Below are positions 36,719 through 47,583 of a DNA stretch of 64,000 nucleotides, piece after piece. Source of the stretch: Intestinimonas sp. (lineage in GTDB: Bacteria; Bacillota; Clostridia; Oscillospirales; Oscillospiraceae); assembly GCF_026169115.1 (NCBI RefSeq), contig NZ_JAPFEA010000153.1, forward strand, positions 4,884 to 68,883. Reading direction: 5' to 3'. Positions within the stretch are counted from its first letter, which is position 1. Every line of letters begins with the position of its first letter. The notes under the pieces were generated by a model, which was not told the DNA's origin, did no database searches, and saw nothing but the letters and a program-made list of their open reading frames with translations. The translations under genes were made by a program, and so were the position numbers.

Positions 36719-39211
36719 TTAGAGCGCCAGCAGCTCGATCTTGCCATCCTTGCTTACGGCTTTGAGCTGGGTGATGGGCTCCAGGTAGCTGTCAATGATC
36801 TTGGTGGCGATGGGGTCCTCCAGGTCCTTCTGGACCTGACGGCGGAGGTTCCGGGCGCCATAGGTGAGGGAGTAGGAGGTCTTGACCAGGTGGTCCAGAA
36901 CACTCTCATCCCAGGTGAAGGTGATGCCTTTATCCCGGAGGTTGTCGGTGAGCTCGCCCAGCATGATCCTGGCGATCTCCTTGAAGTTGTCCTCGCTGAG
37001 GCGGTTGAAGTAGACCACCTCGTCCACCCGGTTGATGAACTCAGGCCGCAGGAAGGAGCCCAGGGCCTTCATGGCCTTGTCCTTGCCCTGCTCCTTGTCG
37101 GTGCGGCCAAAGCCCACAGAGCCGCCGCCCTTGTCGCTGCCGGCGTTGGAGGTCATGACGATGACGGCGTTCTCAAAGTTCACGTTCCGGCCCTGGGCGT
37201 CGGTGATATGGCCGTCGTCCAGGATCTGGAGCATGATGTTGAGCACGTCGGGGTGGGCCTTCTCGATCTCGTCGAAGAGGATGACGCAGTAGGGCTTCCG
37301 GCGGACCTTTTCGGTGAGCTGACCGGCCTCATCGTAGCCCACATAGCCCGGCGGGGAGCCGATGATGCGGCTGACGGCGAACTTCTCCATGAACTCCGAC
37401 ATATCCAGCCGGATGAGGGATTCGGGGGAGTTGAACATATCCTGAGCCAGCTGCTTGACCAGCTCGGTCTTGCCCACACCGGTGGATCCCACGAAGATGA
37501 AGGATACGGGCTTGCGCTTGGAGGCGATGCCCACCCGCCCCCGGCGGATGGCGTTGGCCACCTCGTGGACGGCCTCGTCCTGGCCGATGATATGGCTCTT
37601 GAGCCGGTCCTCCAGGTGAGCCAGCCGCTCAAATTCCTGCTCCTGGATCTGGGTGGCGGGGATTTTGGTCCAAAGCTCAATGACCCGGGCCAGGTGGGCC
37701 ACAGTGAGGGGAGGGGTAAGTTGATCGGCCAGGGCGTCCTTCTCCTGGTTGAGCTGGAGTTCCTGGCTCTTGAGAACGGCCAGACGCTGATAGGCTTTCT
37801 CACTGTTGATGCGCTCCAGCTCATTGCGCTCCTGATTCACCTGCTCCAGCTGCTGCCGCAGCTCGGAGAGCTTGTCCTGGCGCTCGGTATCCTCCGGCTG
37901 AGCGGGGGTGTTTTCCAGCTTTTCCTTCTGCTGCTGGAGGGCCTGCTCCCGGCGGCGCAGCTTTTCAAAGGGCTCGCCGGATTTGTCGTTGGCGGCGGCC
38001 AGCATGACCTCCCGCTCCTTGGCAATGTCGGCCAGCTCTTTGTCGATCTGCATGGTCCGGGTGAGGGCCTTGTTGTGGAGGTTTACGTCAGAGGAAGCCT
38101 CATCAATGAGGTCAATGGCCTTGTCGGGGAGGAAGCGGTCGGTGATATACCGCTCCGACATGGTGACCGCCAGGCGGCACATCTCAGGAGAGATGGTCAC
38201 ATGGTGATACTGCTCATAGTAGGGGGCGATGCCTTTGATGATCTCTATGGCGTCGTCCACGGAAGGTTCCTCCACCATGACCGGCTGGAACCGGCGCTCC
38301 AGGGCGGAGTCCTTTTCGATGTATTTGCGGTATTCGGTGAGGGTGGTGGCACCGATGACCTGGATCTCGCCCCGGGAGAGGGCGGGCTTTAGGATATTGG
38401 CGGCGCTCATGGAGCCCTCTGCGTCGCCGGCGCCCACCAGATTGTGGACCTCGTCAATGACCAGGATAATGTTGCCCAGCTTCTTGATCTCCTCGATCAG
38501 GCCCTTCATCCGGCTTTCAAACTGGCCGCGGAACTGGGTGCCCGCCACCAGGGAGGTGAGGTCCAGAAGATAGACCTCCTTGTCCAGCAGCTTGTAGGGC
38601 ACATTTTTCTCGGCAATGCGCAGGGCCAGACCCTCGGCAATGGCAGTTTTACCCACGCCGGGCTCGCCGATGAGACAGGGGTTATTCTTCTGGCGGCGGT
38701 TGAGGATCTGCACCACCCGCTCCAGTTCGGCATCCCGGCCCACGATGCGGTCCAGCTTTCCTTCCTGGGCGCGGTTGGTGAGGGAGATGCAGTAGTTCTC
38801 CAAAAACTTGCGCTTGGGCTGACGCTCCTTGGCGGCGGATTTTTCCTCCCTCTGCTGGCGGGTCTGTTCGCCGCCGGAGGGCTCAGAGGCAGGCTGCCCG
38901 CCGAAGAGCTTGTTGAGGAAGGGGAAGGTGGCAGTGCGGCCCTCATCGTCCTCCTGATCGTCGTCGGGCTGGGGAGCCAGGCCCTCCATGCCTTCAGCGC
39001 CGCCGAAAGCGGACATCATCTCATTGGTGAGGCCCTCCAGGTCCTCCTCACTGATGCCCATTTTCTTCATCATATCCTCTACGGGCTTGATCCCCAGCTC
39101 CTTGGCGCACTTGAGACAGAGACCCTCGTTTTTGGTCTCTCCCCCTTCGATGCGAGTGACGAAGATCACGGCCACGTTTTTATGGCAACGGGAACAAAGT
39201 GTAGGCTGCAT
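36719..39211 (-). CDS. ATP-dependent Clp protease ATP-binding subunit (ClpC/ClpE-like, N-terminal Zn finger)
   Basis: CSRC...CLKC N-terminus; two AAA+ modules GEPGVGKT and GSTGVGKT; [12 protein letters not shown]; long coiled-coil middle domain. Confidence 0.92.
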   Translation of the reverse strand: MQPTLCSRCHKNVAVIFVTRIEGGETKNEGLCLKCAKELGIKPVEDMMKKMGISEEDLEGLTNEMMSAFGGAEGMEGLAPQPDDDQEDDEGRTATFPFLNKLFGGQPASEPSGGEQTRQQREEKSAAKERQPKRKFLENYCISLTNRAQEGKLDRIVGRDAELERVVQILNRRQKNNPCLIGEPGVGKTAIAEGLALRIAEKNVPYKLLDKEVYLLDLTSLVAGTQFRGQFESRMKGLIEEIKKLGNIILVIDEVHNLVGAGDAEGSMSAANILKPALSRGEIQVIGATTLTEYRKYIEKDSALERRFQPVMVEEPSVDDAIEIIKGIAPYYEQYHHVTISPEMCRLAVTMSERYITDRFLPDKAIDLIDEASSDVNLHNKALTRTMQIDKELADIAKEREVMLAAANDKSGEPFEKLRRREQALQQQKEKLENTPAQPEDTERQDKLSELRQQLEQVNQERNELERINSEKAYQRLAVLKSQELQLNQEKDALADQLTPPLTVAHLARVIELWTKIPATQIQEQEFERLAHLEDRLKSHIIGQDEAVHEVANAIRRGRVGIASKRKPVSFIFVGSTGVGKTELVKQLAQDMFNSPESLIRLDMSEFMEKFAVSRIIGSPPGYVGYDEAGQLTEKVRRKPYCVILFDEIEKAHPDVLNIMLQILDDGHITDAQGRNVNFENAVIVMTSNAGSDKGGGSVGFGRTDKEQGKDKAMKALGSFLRPEFINRVDEVVYFNRLSEDNFKEIARIMLGELTDNLRDKGITFTWDESVLDHLVKTSYSLTYGARNLRRQVQKDLEDPIATKIIDSYLEPITQLKAVSKDGKIELLAL

Positions 39212-39314
39212 ACTTAACTCCTTTTCGGGAGATGGGTCGCGCTGCATACATCCCCCGGAGAATCGAATCTATCACGGAAATATGAACTGGTGATGAATTT
39301 CGCATAAAAACTTT

Positions 39315-40061
39315 TTAGGCCAGTCGGGAGGCGGTCTCCGCCGCAGCGGCCAGTCCCCCCAGGACCAGGGCCACCGGATTGGTGGTCATGAAAAATTTGA
39401 GCAGGTAGGTCTGTCTCACTGTCTCCTCGGGGATGACCTTGCCCAGATAGCGGAGGACCCAGGCGCACAGGAAAAGGATGGCACAGCCCTTTATCAGCCC
39501 CAGGACAGCGCCGCCGGTCTTATTGAGAAAATGCAGGCCGGGGAGCCGGGCCACCAAGTTCAGCCCGTGGCTGAGTAAAGTCCAGACGATAAGAATGAGG
39601 ACAAAAAAGACCACGAAAAGGATCATATAAGCGACAGTCCCGGCGATGGAAGCGGCCACAGCCGCAGCGGCGCTGGCGGCTGCCTGGGTCATACCCTGCT
39701 CCACCGCGCTGTTGACGGCGTCCACGGCGCTCTGATAGAAGCCCATGTCCTTGAGGGCTTCGAGAATCTCGGTGAGAGGAATGTCGTTGGTCTGCGCATC
39801 GTCGCCCCCGTCAGGGAGAAGGTCGTGCTCGGCGATCTCCTGGTCCAGATGCTCCTCAATGGCGGCGGCGAATCGGGGTTCCAGATAGTCAGCCACCATG
39901 GGGGAGAGGGCGCCGGACAGGAAACCGGCACCAAGGAAGGCAACCAAAACGGCCACAAGGCCGCACAGGGAGAGGAGAAGTCCCCGGGAGGCGCCGCGGA
40001 TGGTGAAGGCCAGGAGAAGAATGAGCAGGATAATGTCAATGAGAAGGGGAGTCGTCAGCAT
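39315..40061 (-). CDS. CvpA (colicin V production) family membrane protein
   Basis: IDIILL...GASRGLL and LNKTGGAVLGLIKG. Confidence 0.8.
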   Translation of the reverse strand: MLTTPLLIDIILLILLLAFTIRGASRGLLLSLCGLVAVLVAFLGAGFLSGALSPMVADYLEPRFAAAIEEHLDQEIAEHDLLPDGGDDAQTNDIPLTEILEALKDMGFYQSAVDAVNSAVEQGMTQAAASAAAAVAASIAGTVAYMILFVVFFVLILIVWTLLSHGLNLVARLPGLHFLNKTGGAVLGLIKGCAILFLCAWVLRYLGKVIPEETVRQTYLLKFFMTTNPVALVLGGLAAAAETASRLA

Positions 40062-40089
40062 GGTCACACCTCGGAAAAACACAAAAGGG

Positions 40090-41265
40090 TCAGTTGGGAA
40101 TATAGAGTTGAGCGGTCTCACCGCTGGCAAGATAGGCGGTGCCGTCGCTGCGGAGGACCACGCTCCGGGCGCCTGCGGTATTGTCCAGGACCTGATAGGG
40201 CTGGAGGTCCTTGGTATAGATGGTGAGATGGGCGGCGGTGAGCACGGCCACGTACCGGCCAGAGGCGGAGACATCCAGGATCTGCTCTTCCAGCTCCAGG
40301 GAGGCGATGGTCTCACCGGTGCTGTCCACAGTGGTCAGCGCGGCGCTGCTGCCCGCCCGGTACTTGCCCAGAAGAAGGGCGGCGAAGCCGTCTCCACCCA
40401 TGGCGTAGTCCTTCAGATAGGCCCCGCCGTAATCATAAGTGGCGTTGGATGCGCCGTCGGCGCTCACGATGCTCAGGCCGGTTTCCCCCAGGGCCCAGAA
40501 CGAGTTCCCGGAACAGCTCAGGTCCAGAATGGCGTTGTTGCCCAGAGAACACTGGGCGAAGGCCGATTCGTCGCCCCTGGCGTAGAGATTCAGGATGCTT
40601 TCAAAGGCGTTGCCGGTCTGTCCCACGGTGAGAACGGCGGTGGTCTTTCCGTCCTGTGAGAGGATGCTGTCCATGATGTAGCTGGTGGAGATCCGGATGG
40701 CCATATAGGGTTGATAGTCGCTCCCATAATGGGTGACTACCCCTTTATAGCCGGTCTCCCGGGTGACCACGGTGAGGGAGCCGTTTGGCCCCATGTGAGC
40801 GGAAAGGATCTCGTGGCCCTGCTGGGCGTTGAGGGAGAAGACGCAGCTGCGGTCAGCGTAGACCCGCAGCACCGTGCCGCCGGCGTCGTAGACCACAGCG
40901 GCGTCGCCCCGGACGTCGGCGACTGGGCGGAGGAGGGATACGGCTTCATTGAGATATTCCACGCCGCTGGAGGAATACAGCCGGACGCCGGCAGAGGACC
41001 ACACCAGCAGATCGTCCTCCAGACTGGAAAAGCCGCCCCGTCCAGAGCTGTCAAACTGGAAGGCGTCGATCTGGCCGGAGTCGCTCCGCTCCAGGGAACG
41101 GTAGGTGAAATAGCGTTTGACGGCGTCCAGATTGATCCAGTCCCGGTAGGCCACCAGGGCCACCGCGCCAAGCAAGAGGGCCAGTGTGAGGAGAAAGGCC
41201 AGAAGGCGCAGGATGGGATTGGTTTTTTTCTTGGGTGCCGGCGGGACCGGCCTGAGTTCTTCCAT
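40090..41265 (-). CDS. Membrane-anchored beta-propeller-like protein (DUF5711-like)
   Basis: N-terminal TM helix, repeated beta-rich segments, adjacent to the cvpA-like gene. Confidence 0.6.
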   Translation of the reverse strand: MEELRPVPPAPKKKTNPILRLLAFLLTLALLLGAVALVAYRDWINLDAVKRYFTYRSLERSDSGQIDAFQFDSSGRGGFSSLEDDLLVWSSAGVRLYSSSGVEYLNEAVSLLRPVADVRGDAAVVYDAGGTVLRVYADRSCVFSLNAQQGHEILSAHMGPNGSLTVVTRETGYKGVVTHYGSDYQPYMAIRISTSYIMDSILSQDGKTTAVLTVGQTGNAFESILNLYARGDESAFAQCSLGNNAILDLSCSGNSFWALGETGLSIVSADGASNATYDYGGAYLKDYAMGGDGFAALLLGKYRAGSSAALTTVDSTGETIASLELEEQILDVSASGRYVAVLTAAHLTIYTKDLQPYQVLDNTAGARSVVLRSDGTAYLASGETAQLYIPN

Positions 41266-41307
41266 GTTATGCGCTCCTGATCGTGGTGGAATGGAGGGAA
41301 AGGAGGA

Positions 41308-42060
41308 TCACAGCACGTCCTCATTGTACCACAGCTTGGTCATATAGAGACCGCCGGGGGGCACAGTAGGGCCGGCAGCGGTGCGGTTTTTGCTCTCCAG
41401 GATGGCGCTGACCTCCTCGGGAGCGAACTTGCCCTCGGCGGCGTAGACGCAGGTGCCCACCATGGCCCGCACCATGTTGTAGAGGAAGCCGTTGGCGCAT
41501 ACCCTGCATTCAATGAGCTCGCCGTTGCGGCTGATGTTGAAATAATGGACGGTGCGGACAGGGGAGCGGACGTCGGTGCCCACTGCCCGGACAGCAGAGA
41601 AGTCATGGGTGCCCACGAAGCAGTCGGCCGCCCGCTGCATCACGGTCTCGTCCAGGAGCTTGGGATAGAACCAGGCCCGGTCCACATAAAAGGCGTTGCC
41701 CAGCCGGGAGTTGTAGATGCGGTAGGTGTACTCCTTTTTGATGCAGGAGCCGATGGCGTTGAAGTCCTCCGGGACCTCGGTGGCCTTCACCACCACAATG
41801 TCGTCCGGCAGGCGGGTATTCACTGCCAGGGGAATGCGGTCACAGGGGATGGAGGAGGTGGTGCGGAAGTTCGCAATGTAGGTCTCGGCGTGTACTCCGG
41901 CGTCGGTACGCCCGGCGCCGGTGCATTTCACCGGGTGGCAGACCACGGTGGCGAGGGCCTTTTCCAGCGTCTCCTCCACGGTGACGGCATTTTTCTGCAC
42001 CTGCCAGCCGTGGTAGGCGGTGCCCACGTACATGAGTTTGAGGGCAATGTTCCTTGTCAT
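41308..42060 (-). CDS. truA: tRNA pseudouridine(38-40) synthase
   Basis: YHGWQVQ, GAGRTDAGVHA, GTHDFS and NGFLYNMVR. Confidence 0.96.
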   Translation of the reverse strand: MTRNIALKLMYVGTAYHGWQVQKNAVTVEETLEKALATVVCHPVKCTGAGRTDAGVHAETYIANFRTTSSIPCDRIPLAVNTRLPDDIVVVKATEVPEDFNAIGSCIKKEYTYRIYNSRLGNAFYVDRAWFYPKLLDETVMQRAADCFVGTHDFSAVRAVGTDVRSPVRTVHYFNISRNGELIECRVCANGFLYNMVRAMVGTCVYAAEGKFAPEEVSAILESKNRTAAGPTVPPGGLYMTKLWYNEDVL

Positions 42061-42100
42061 AAGCAATTCAATGGCAGTAAAGCCATACTCCTTGTCATTA

Positions 42101-42907
42101 TCAGAGCCCGATGGACCGGAGGATCAGCACCGCCGCCACCAGGGCGCCGCCCAGAAGAAGGGCGGCTGCGTCAGCGCCCCGGAACCGGAGCTGCCGCAGA
42201 CGGGTACGCCCCTCGCCGCCGTGATAGCAGCGGCACTCCATGGCGGTGGCCAGCTCCTCCGCCCGGCGGAAGGCAGAGATGAAAAGCGGCACCAGAAGGG
42301 GGACCAGGGCTTTGGCCTTCTGAAAGAGATTGCCTGTGTCAAAGTCGGCCCCTCTGGCCTTTTGGGCGGACATGATCTTGTCGGTCTCCTCGATGAGGGT
42401 GGGGATAAAGCGCAGGGCAATGGACATGATCATGCTCAGTTCATGGACGGGGACGTGGAGCTTTTTAAGGGGGCCCAGCAGCCTTTCCAAGCCGTCGGTG
42501 AGCATGATGGGCGAGGTGGTATAGGTGAGCATAAAGGTGCAGGTGATGAGGAAGGAGATGCGCAGCACCATGAAGAAGGCAGCCCACAGGCCCTCCACGG
42601 TGATTTTCAGGAACTTCCACTGCCAGATGGGGGTGCCGGGGGTATAGAAGATATTGAGCACGGCGGTGAGTACGATGATAAACAGGATGGGCTTCATACC
42701 CCGGAGAATGGTTTTGGGCTGGATCTTGGAGATGGCGATGCAGGCGCACAGCACCGCAAAGAGCACGGCGTAGGCTGCAATGCCTTTGGCAGAAAAGAGG
42801 GCGACGATATAGAGAACGGTGAAGAGCAGCTTGGTCCTGGGGTCCAGCCGGTGGATGACGGTATTGCCAGGGAAATACTGCCCTAAAGTGATGTCCTTGA
42901 GGGCCAT
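42101..42907 (-). CDS. ecfT: ECF transporter T component
   Basis: HRLDPRTK, IALRFIPTL, AQKARGA and AMECRCY. Confidence 0.93.
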   Translation of the reverse strand: MALKDITLGQYFPGNTVIHRLDPRTKLLFTVLYIVALFSAKGIAAYAVLFAVLCACIAISKIQPKTILRGMKPILFIIVLTAVLNIFYTPGTPIWQWKFLKITVEGLWAAFFMVLRISFLITCTFMLTYTTSPIMLTDGLERLLGPLKKLHVPVHELSMIMSIALRFIPTLIEETDKIMSAQKARGADFDTGNLFQKAKALVPLLVPLFISAFRRAEELATAMECRCYHGGEGRTRLRQLRFRGADAAALLLGGALVAAVLILRSIGL

Positions 42908-43773
42908 TACACCGCCCCCTTTCGTGCCAGGTAGTCCCGGACGGCGGTGCGGGCCTGGTCAATGGTATAGACCGAAGGGTCGATGTCTACGCCCATGGCC
43001 CGCAGCCGGTGAAAGACCCGGGTGACCTGGGGGACGCCCAGGCCCATGGCCTCCAGCTCGGCGCCGTGGGCAAAGACCTCCCGGGAAGTGCCGGAGAAGG
43101 GGATCTGCCCCTTGCTCACCACCACCAGACGGTCCACGCTCCGGGCCACCTCTTCCATGGAGTGGGAGACCAGAATGATGGTGGCGTTTTTGGCCTTATG
43201 GTAGTCCCGGATATTCCCCAGAATGGACTCCACGCCCACCGGGTCCAGCCCGGCGGTGGGCTCATCCAGGATGAGGACGGCGGGCTCCATGGCGATGACG
43301 CCGGCAATGGCCACCCGGCGCTTCTGTCCGCCGGAGAGCTCGAAGGGGGACTTCTCCAGGATGGCGTCAGGGAGACCGACGAAGGCGGCGGCAGAGCGTA
43401 CCCGGCGGTCTACCTCGTTTTCGTCCAGCTTCATGTTCCTGGGGCCGAAAGCGATGTCCTTGTAGACCGTCTCCTCAAAGAGCTGATACTCCGGGTACTG
43501 GAAGACCAGCCCCACCTGGAACCGGGTCTGGCGGGTGCGCTCCTTGCTCGCCCAGATGTCCTGCCCCTCAAAGAGGACCCTGCCCGAGGTGGGCTTCAAA
43601 AGGCCGTTGAGGTGCTGGATCAGGGTGGACTTGCCGGAGCCGGTCCGGCCAATGATGCCCAGATATTCGCCCCGGTAGGCGGCAAAATCCACGTCGCGAA
43701 GGGCGGCATGCTCAAAGGGAGTGCCGGAGGAATAAATGTGGCTGAGTTGTTCCGTCTGTATGATGGCGTCCAA
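42907..43773 (-). CDS. ecfA2: ECF transporter ATPase A2
   Basis: GTPFE, GRTGSGKST, VFQYPEYQLF and SPFELSGGQKRR. TTG start. Confidence 0.93.
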   Translation of the reverse strand: MDAIIQTEQLSHIYSSGTPFEHAALRDVDFAAYRGEYLGIIGRTGSGKSTLIQHLNGLLKPTSGRVLFEGQDIWASKERTRQTRFQVGLVFQYPEYQLFEETVYKDIAFGPRNMKLDENEVDRRVRSAAAFVGLPDAILEKSPFELSGGQKRRVAIAGVIAMEPAVLILDEPTAGLDPVGVESILGNIRDYHKAKNATIILVSHSMEEVARSVDRLVVVSKGQIPFSGTSREVFAHGAELEAMGLGVPQVTRVFHRLRAMGVDIDPSVYTIDQARTAVRDYLARKGAV

Positions 43774-43787
43774 AGGTGGATCAGTCC

Positions 43788-44663
43788 TTACATATTGGAA
43801 GTAGTGGTGGAGTTTTTCGCTCCTGTGAGCAGATTATAGAGGGCCTGAGCGCATTCCTCGTCGGAGAGAGCGTCCAGGGGGAGATCCAGACCGTCCCGCC
43901 GGAGGGTCCAGCACAGCTCCACCGTCTCGGGGACGGTGAGCCCCACCGATTTGAGGGTCTCCACGTGGGAGAAGACCTCCTTGGGGGTGCCGTCGGCCAC
44001 CACTTTGCCGCCGGACATGACCACCAGCCGGTCAGCCTGAGCGGCCTCGTCCATGTGGTGGGTGATGAGGACCACCGTTACGCCGGCGGTGCGGTTGAGC
44101 TTTTTGATGGTGTCCAGGACCTCCTGGCGGCCCACCGGGTCCAGCATGGCGGTGGGCTCGTCCAGTACGATGCACCGGGGCGCCATGGCCAGCACGCCGG
44201 CGATGGCCACCCGCTGCTTCTGACCGCCGGAGAGAAGGTGAGGGGCATGCTCTCGGAACTCATACATGCCGACGGCTTTGAGGGCGTCGTCCACCCGTTT
44301 CCGGATCTCCTCCGGGGGGACCCCCAGGTTCTCCGGGGCAAAGGCCACATCCTCCTCCACCACATTTGCCACGATCTGGTTGTCCGGGTTCTGGAAGACC
44401 ATGCCCACGGTACGCCGGATGTCCAGAAGCCGGTCCTCGTCAGCGGTGTCGATGCCGTCCACATAGACGGCGCCGCCGGTGGGGAGGAGAATGGCGTTCA
44501 TGTGCTTGGCCAGGGTGGATTTGCCGGAACCGTTGTGGCCCAGCACCGCCACAAAGGAGCCGGCGCGGATGTTCAGGTCCACGCCGTCCAGCACCACAGG
44601 GGTGACGCCCTCGGCGGCAGGATAGGAAAACCGGAGGGCCCGGGTCTCAATGATGTCAGACAT
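43788..44663 (-). CDS. ecfA1: ECF transporter ATPase A1
   Basis: GHNGSGKST, VFQNPDNQIV, LSGGQKQR and DEPTAMLDP. Confidence 0.93.
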   Translation of the reverse strand: MSDIIETRALRFSYPAAEGVTPVVLDGVDLNIRAGSFVAVLGHNGSGKSTLAKHMNAILLPTGGAVYVDGIDTADEDRLLDIRRTVGMVFQNPDNQIVANVVEEDVAFAPENLGVPPEEIRKRVDDALKAVGMYEFREHAPHLLSGGQKQRVAIAGVLAMAPRCIVLDEPTAMLDPVGRQEVLDTIKKLNRTAGVTVVLITHHMDEAAQADRLVVMSGGKVVADGTPKEVFSHVETLKSVGLTVPETVELCWTLRRDGLDLPLDALSDEECAQALYNLLTGAKNSTTTSNM

Positions 44664-44700
44664 GGTAAAAGACCTCGCAGTCTGGAAAAAGTGGCGGAGC

Positions 44701-45567
44701 TCAGCCCCGGCTGGTCCAGCGGCCTGTGGCGCCGCAGGGAAGGACCAGTCCGGTGTCGGTGACCGGGAGACCTAGCTCCTGGCTGTGGGTGCAGCCGCCC
44801 CAGCGTTTGGAGACCACAGTCTCCAGGATATAGGTGAGCACGGAAGGGGCAAGGCCCGTGGTGTAGGAATTGATGAGGAAGAAGAGCGGCTCGTCGGAGA
44901 GGACCCCGGATACCAGGTTCACGAAGGGCCACAGATTTTCCTCCAGCTTCCAGATCTCACCGGAGGGACCACGACCATAGGAGGGAGGGTCCATGATGAC
45001 GGCGTCATACCGGCGGCCCCGGCGGATCTCCCGCTCCACAAATTTGCCGCAGTCGTCCACGATCCAGCGTATGGGAGCGTCGGCCAGGCCGGAGAGCTTT
45101 GCATTTTCCCGGGCCCAGGAGACCATGCCGCGGGCGGCGTCCACATGACAGACGGAGGCGCCCGCCGCCGCGCAGGCCACCGTAGCCCCGCCGGTGTAGG
45201 CAAAGAGGTTGAGCACGGAGATGGGGCGACCGGCGGTCCGAATGAGGTCGGCGCAGAAATCCCAGTTGGCGGCCTGCTCTGGAAAGAGACCGGTGTGCTT
45301 GAAGTTCATGGGCTTGACCTGGAAGGTGAGGTCCCGGTAGCGGATCTTCCACTGCTCGGGGACGTCCTTCTTTTCCCACTGTCCGCCGCCAGTGGAGGAG
45401 CGGGCATAGCGGGCGTCCGGCCTCCGCCACATGGGGTTTTCTCTGGGGGTGTCCCAGATGGCCTGGGGATCGGGCCGGACCAGGATACGGTCCCCCCAGC
45501 GTTCCAGCTTTTCGCCCCTGCCGCAGTCGATCAATTCATAGTCCTGCCATTTGTCCGAGACCCACAT
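44701..45567 (-). CDS. Class I SAM-dependent methyltransferase (RlmI/RlmK-like)
   Basis: KHTGLFPEQ, VLNLFAYTGG and IMDPPSYG. Confidence 0.88.
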   Translation of the reverse strand: MWVSDKWQDYELIDCGRGEKLERWGDRILVRPDPQAIWDTPRENPMWRRPDARYARSSTGGGQWEKKDVPEQWKIRYRDLTFQVKPMNFKHTGLFPEQAANWDFCADLIRTAGRPISVLNLFAYTGGATVACAAAGASVCHVDAARGMVSWARENAKLSGLADAPIRWIVDDCGKFVEREIRRGRRYDAVIMDPPSYGRGPSGEIWKLEENLWPFVNLVSGVLSDEPLFFLINSYTTGLAPSVLTYILETVVSKRWGGCTHSQELGLPVTDTGLVLPCGATGRWTSRG

Positions 45568-45761
45568 GGTATCGCGCCTCCTCATTCTCTCTCAAGCAAA
45601 TCGCTTGATTATACCACAAAAAAGGAAGAGGGTCAATTCATTCCACTGCGGGGAGATTTGTCGGAACCCGTTGAGTTGCGGCACATGTTGTGATAAAATA
45701 AAAAAAATAAGAGATCCGGGCGGCCACCGCCCATGGAGAACGGGAAATGGAGGATATGCGC

Positions 45762-46460
45762 ATGGAGCGAGGAGAACATGCTTTCCGCACAGCTGTGGTG
45801 GGGGGATTCAACCGTCAGGATGTGCTCAATTATATTGAAAATACCGTGCGGGAGAGCCGGGAGAAGACAGCCGCCCTTCAAAAGGAGTTACAGCTGCTGA
45901 AGGAGGAACGGGAGAAGCTCCTTCAGGAGAAGACTGCCTTGGAGCATCAGAACGAGGCCCTGCGGAAGGAGAGCGACAGACTGCGCAAGACAGGCACCGA
46001 CCAGGGCGCCGAGCTGGGCGAGGTCCAGGCGGCGCTTACCCTGGAACGGGAGCAGCGTGAGTCCCTTCAGAAGGAGCTGGACGGCTACAAGGACCAGTGT
46101 GCCAGGTGGGAGGGCGGGGCCAAAGCCTACGACGACCTCAAGGACCGCACCGCCACCATTGAGCTGGAAGCGCGGCAACGGGCCCGGTCCATTGAGAGTG
46201 CCGCAGAGGAAAAGGCCAGAAAGCTGCGCACCGAGGCGGAACAGATCCTCTATAAGGTGCAGGCAGGCTATGGCCGTCTGCGGGGGGACGTGGACGCCAC
46301 CATCACCCATGCCAGCGGAGAGCTGGGGCGGGTGGACAAGGCGCTGGAGCAGGTCCGGTCTGAGTTTGCCGAGCACGACGCCGCGCTGGAAAAGCTCCTC
46401 CAGTCCTGCCGCGAGGTGGCTCCAAAGGCGACTGATTCTACGCCCTCAAAGGAACGATAA
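45762..46460 (+). CDS. DivIVA-like coiled-coil protein
   Basis: FRTAVVGGFNRQDVLNYI resembles the DivIVA N-terminal motif, followed by a long heptad region. Confidence 0.65.
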   Translation: MERGEHAFRTAVVGGFNRQDVLNYIENTVRESREKTAALQKELQLLKEEREKLLQEKTALEHQNEALRKESDRLRKTGTDQGAELGEVQAALTLEREQRESLQKELDGYKDQCARWEGGAKAYDDLKDRTATIELEARQRARSIESAAEEKARKLRTEAEQILYKVQAGYGRLRGDVDATITHASGELGRVDKALEQVRSEFAEHDAALEKLLQSCREVAPKATDSTPSKER

Positions 46461-46485
46461 GTACAGGATCACCCCAGAAATGACG

Positions 46486-46527
46486 ATCCGCCACCTCGCC
46501 GGGATACCGACGAGGTGGCGGTCTTTC
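46486..46527 (+). terminator. Intrinsic terminator
   Basis: CCGCCACCTCG...CGAGGTGGCGG-TCTTT. Confidence 0.65.
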
Positions 46528-46681
46528 TGTGCCTGTGCCGAAAAAGGGACCTGCCCGTTGGAACAGCGGGGGCCTCCGGGCAGGATAGGGGTAGAAATGT
46601 TTTTCCCCCTGTGCTAATATATTGTCATATCATTTTGAAGGGCCGCCGGTACGGCGGATCTGAACTTGGGAGGACCAGACC

Positions 46682-47527
46682 TTGAATTATCTCTTTTCCA
46701 TCGCCATGGGCTTCTTGCAGGGCGTGGCAGAATTTCTGCCCATCTCCAGCTCTGGCCATCTGACCCTGTTTCAGTATTTCTTTTCCCCGGAGCAGAATCC
46801 GGAGGAGCTGGATATGCTCTTCACCATCCTGCTGCATTTCGGGACGCTGCTCTCGGTATGCGTCTATTATTGGCGGGACGTCATCGACATGATCCGGGAG
46901 TTTTTCCTGGGCCTGGGGGATTTGATCTCCGGGCGGGGGCGCATTTTGGGCCAACCGCCGGAGGCCAGACGGCTGGTGCTGATGATCGTGGTGGCTACCC
47001 TGCCCCTCTTTGCTGTGCTGCTGGTGAAGGACGTGGTGGACGCGGCCTTTTCCAATGTGACCTTCGTATCGGCGGCCCTCATCGCCACCGGCTTCCTGCT
47101 CTTCTTCTCTGACCGGATGGCCAGAGGCCGGAAGACTGCCCGCAACGCCACCATGATGGACGCCCTGCTGGTGGGTTGCGCCCAGGCGGTGGGGACCCTG
47201 CCCGGTATCTCACGGGCTGGCTCCACCATCTCTGCTGGTATGCTCTGCGGCTTTAACCGCACCTTCGCGGTGCGCTTTTCCTTCCTCATGTCCCTGCCGG
47301 CGGTGCTGGGCGCCAACATTCTGGAGATCGTGGACGCCGTTCAGGCGGGTGGTGTGGACGTGTCCAAGCTTCCCATGTATCTGGTCGGTATGGCGGTGGC
47401 CGGCGTGGTGGGCTACTTCGCCATTCGGTTGGTGAATCTGCTGGCGAACAAGGGGAAGTTCGGAGCCTTCGCCTACTATTGTTGGGCGGTGGGGCTTGTC
47501 TCCCTGGTGGCCAGCTTCCTGGTCTGA
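46682..47527 (+). CDS. uppP: Undecaprenyl-diphosphate phosphatase
   Basis: QGVAEFLPISSSGHL, PGISRAGSTI and FSFLMSLP. TTG start. Confidence 0.95.
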   Translation: MNYLFSIAMGFLQGVAEFLPISSSGHLTLFQYFFSPEQNPEELDMLFTILLHFGTLLSVCVYYWRDVIDMIREFFLGLGDLISGRGRILGQPPEARRLVLMIVVATLPLFAVLLVKDVVDAAFSNVTFVSAALIATGFLLFFSDRMARGRKTARNATMMDALLVGCAQAVGTLPGISRAGSTISAGMLCGFNRTFAVRFSFLMSLPAVLGANILEIVDAVQAGGVDVSKLPMYLVGMAVAGVVGYFAIRLVNLLANKGKFGAFAYYCWAVGLVSLVASFLV

Positions 47528-47583
47528 GCAAGGCTGATTGATCCCGGCGGACGTGCCCGCCGTATTCTGGAAAGGATGGTTCC

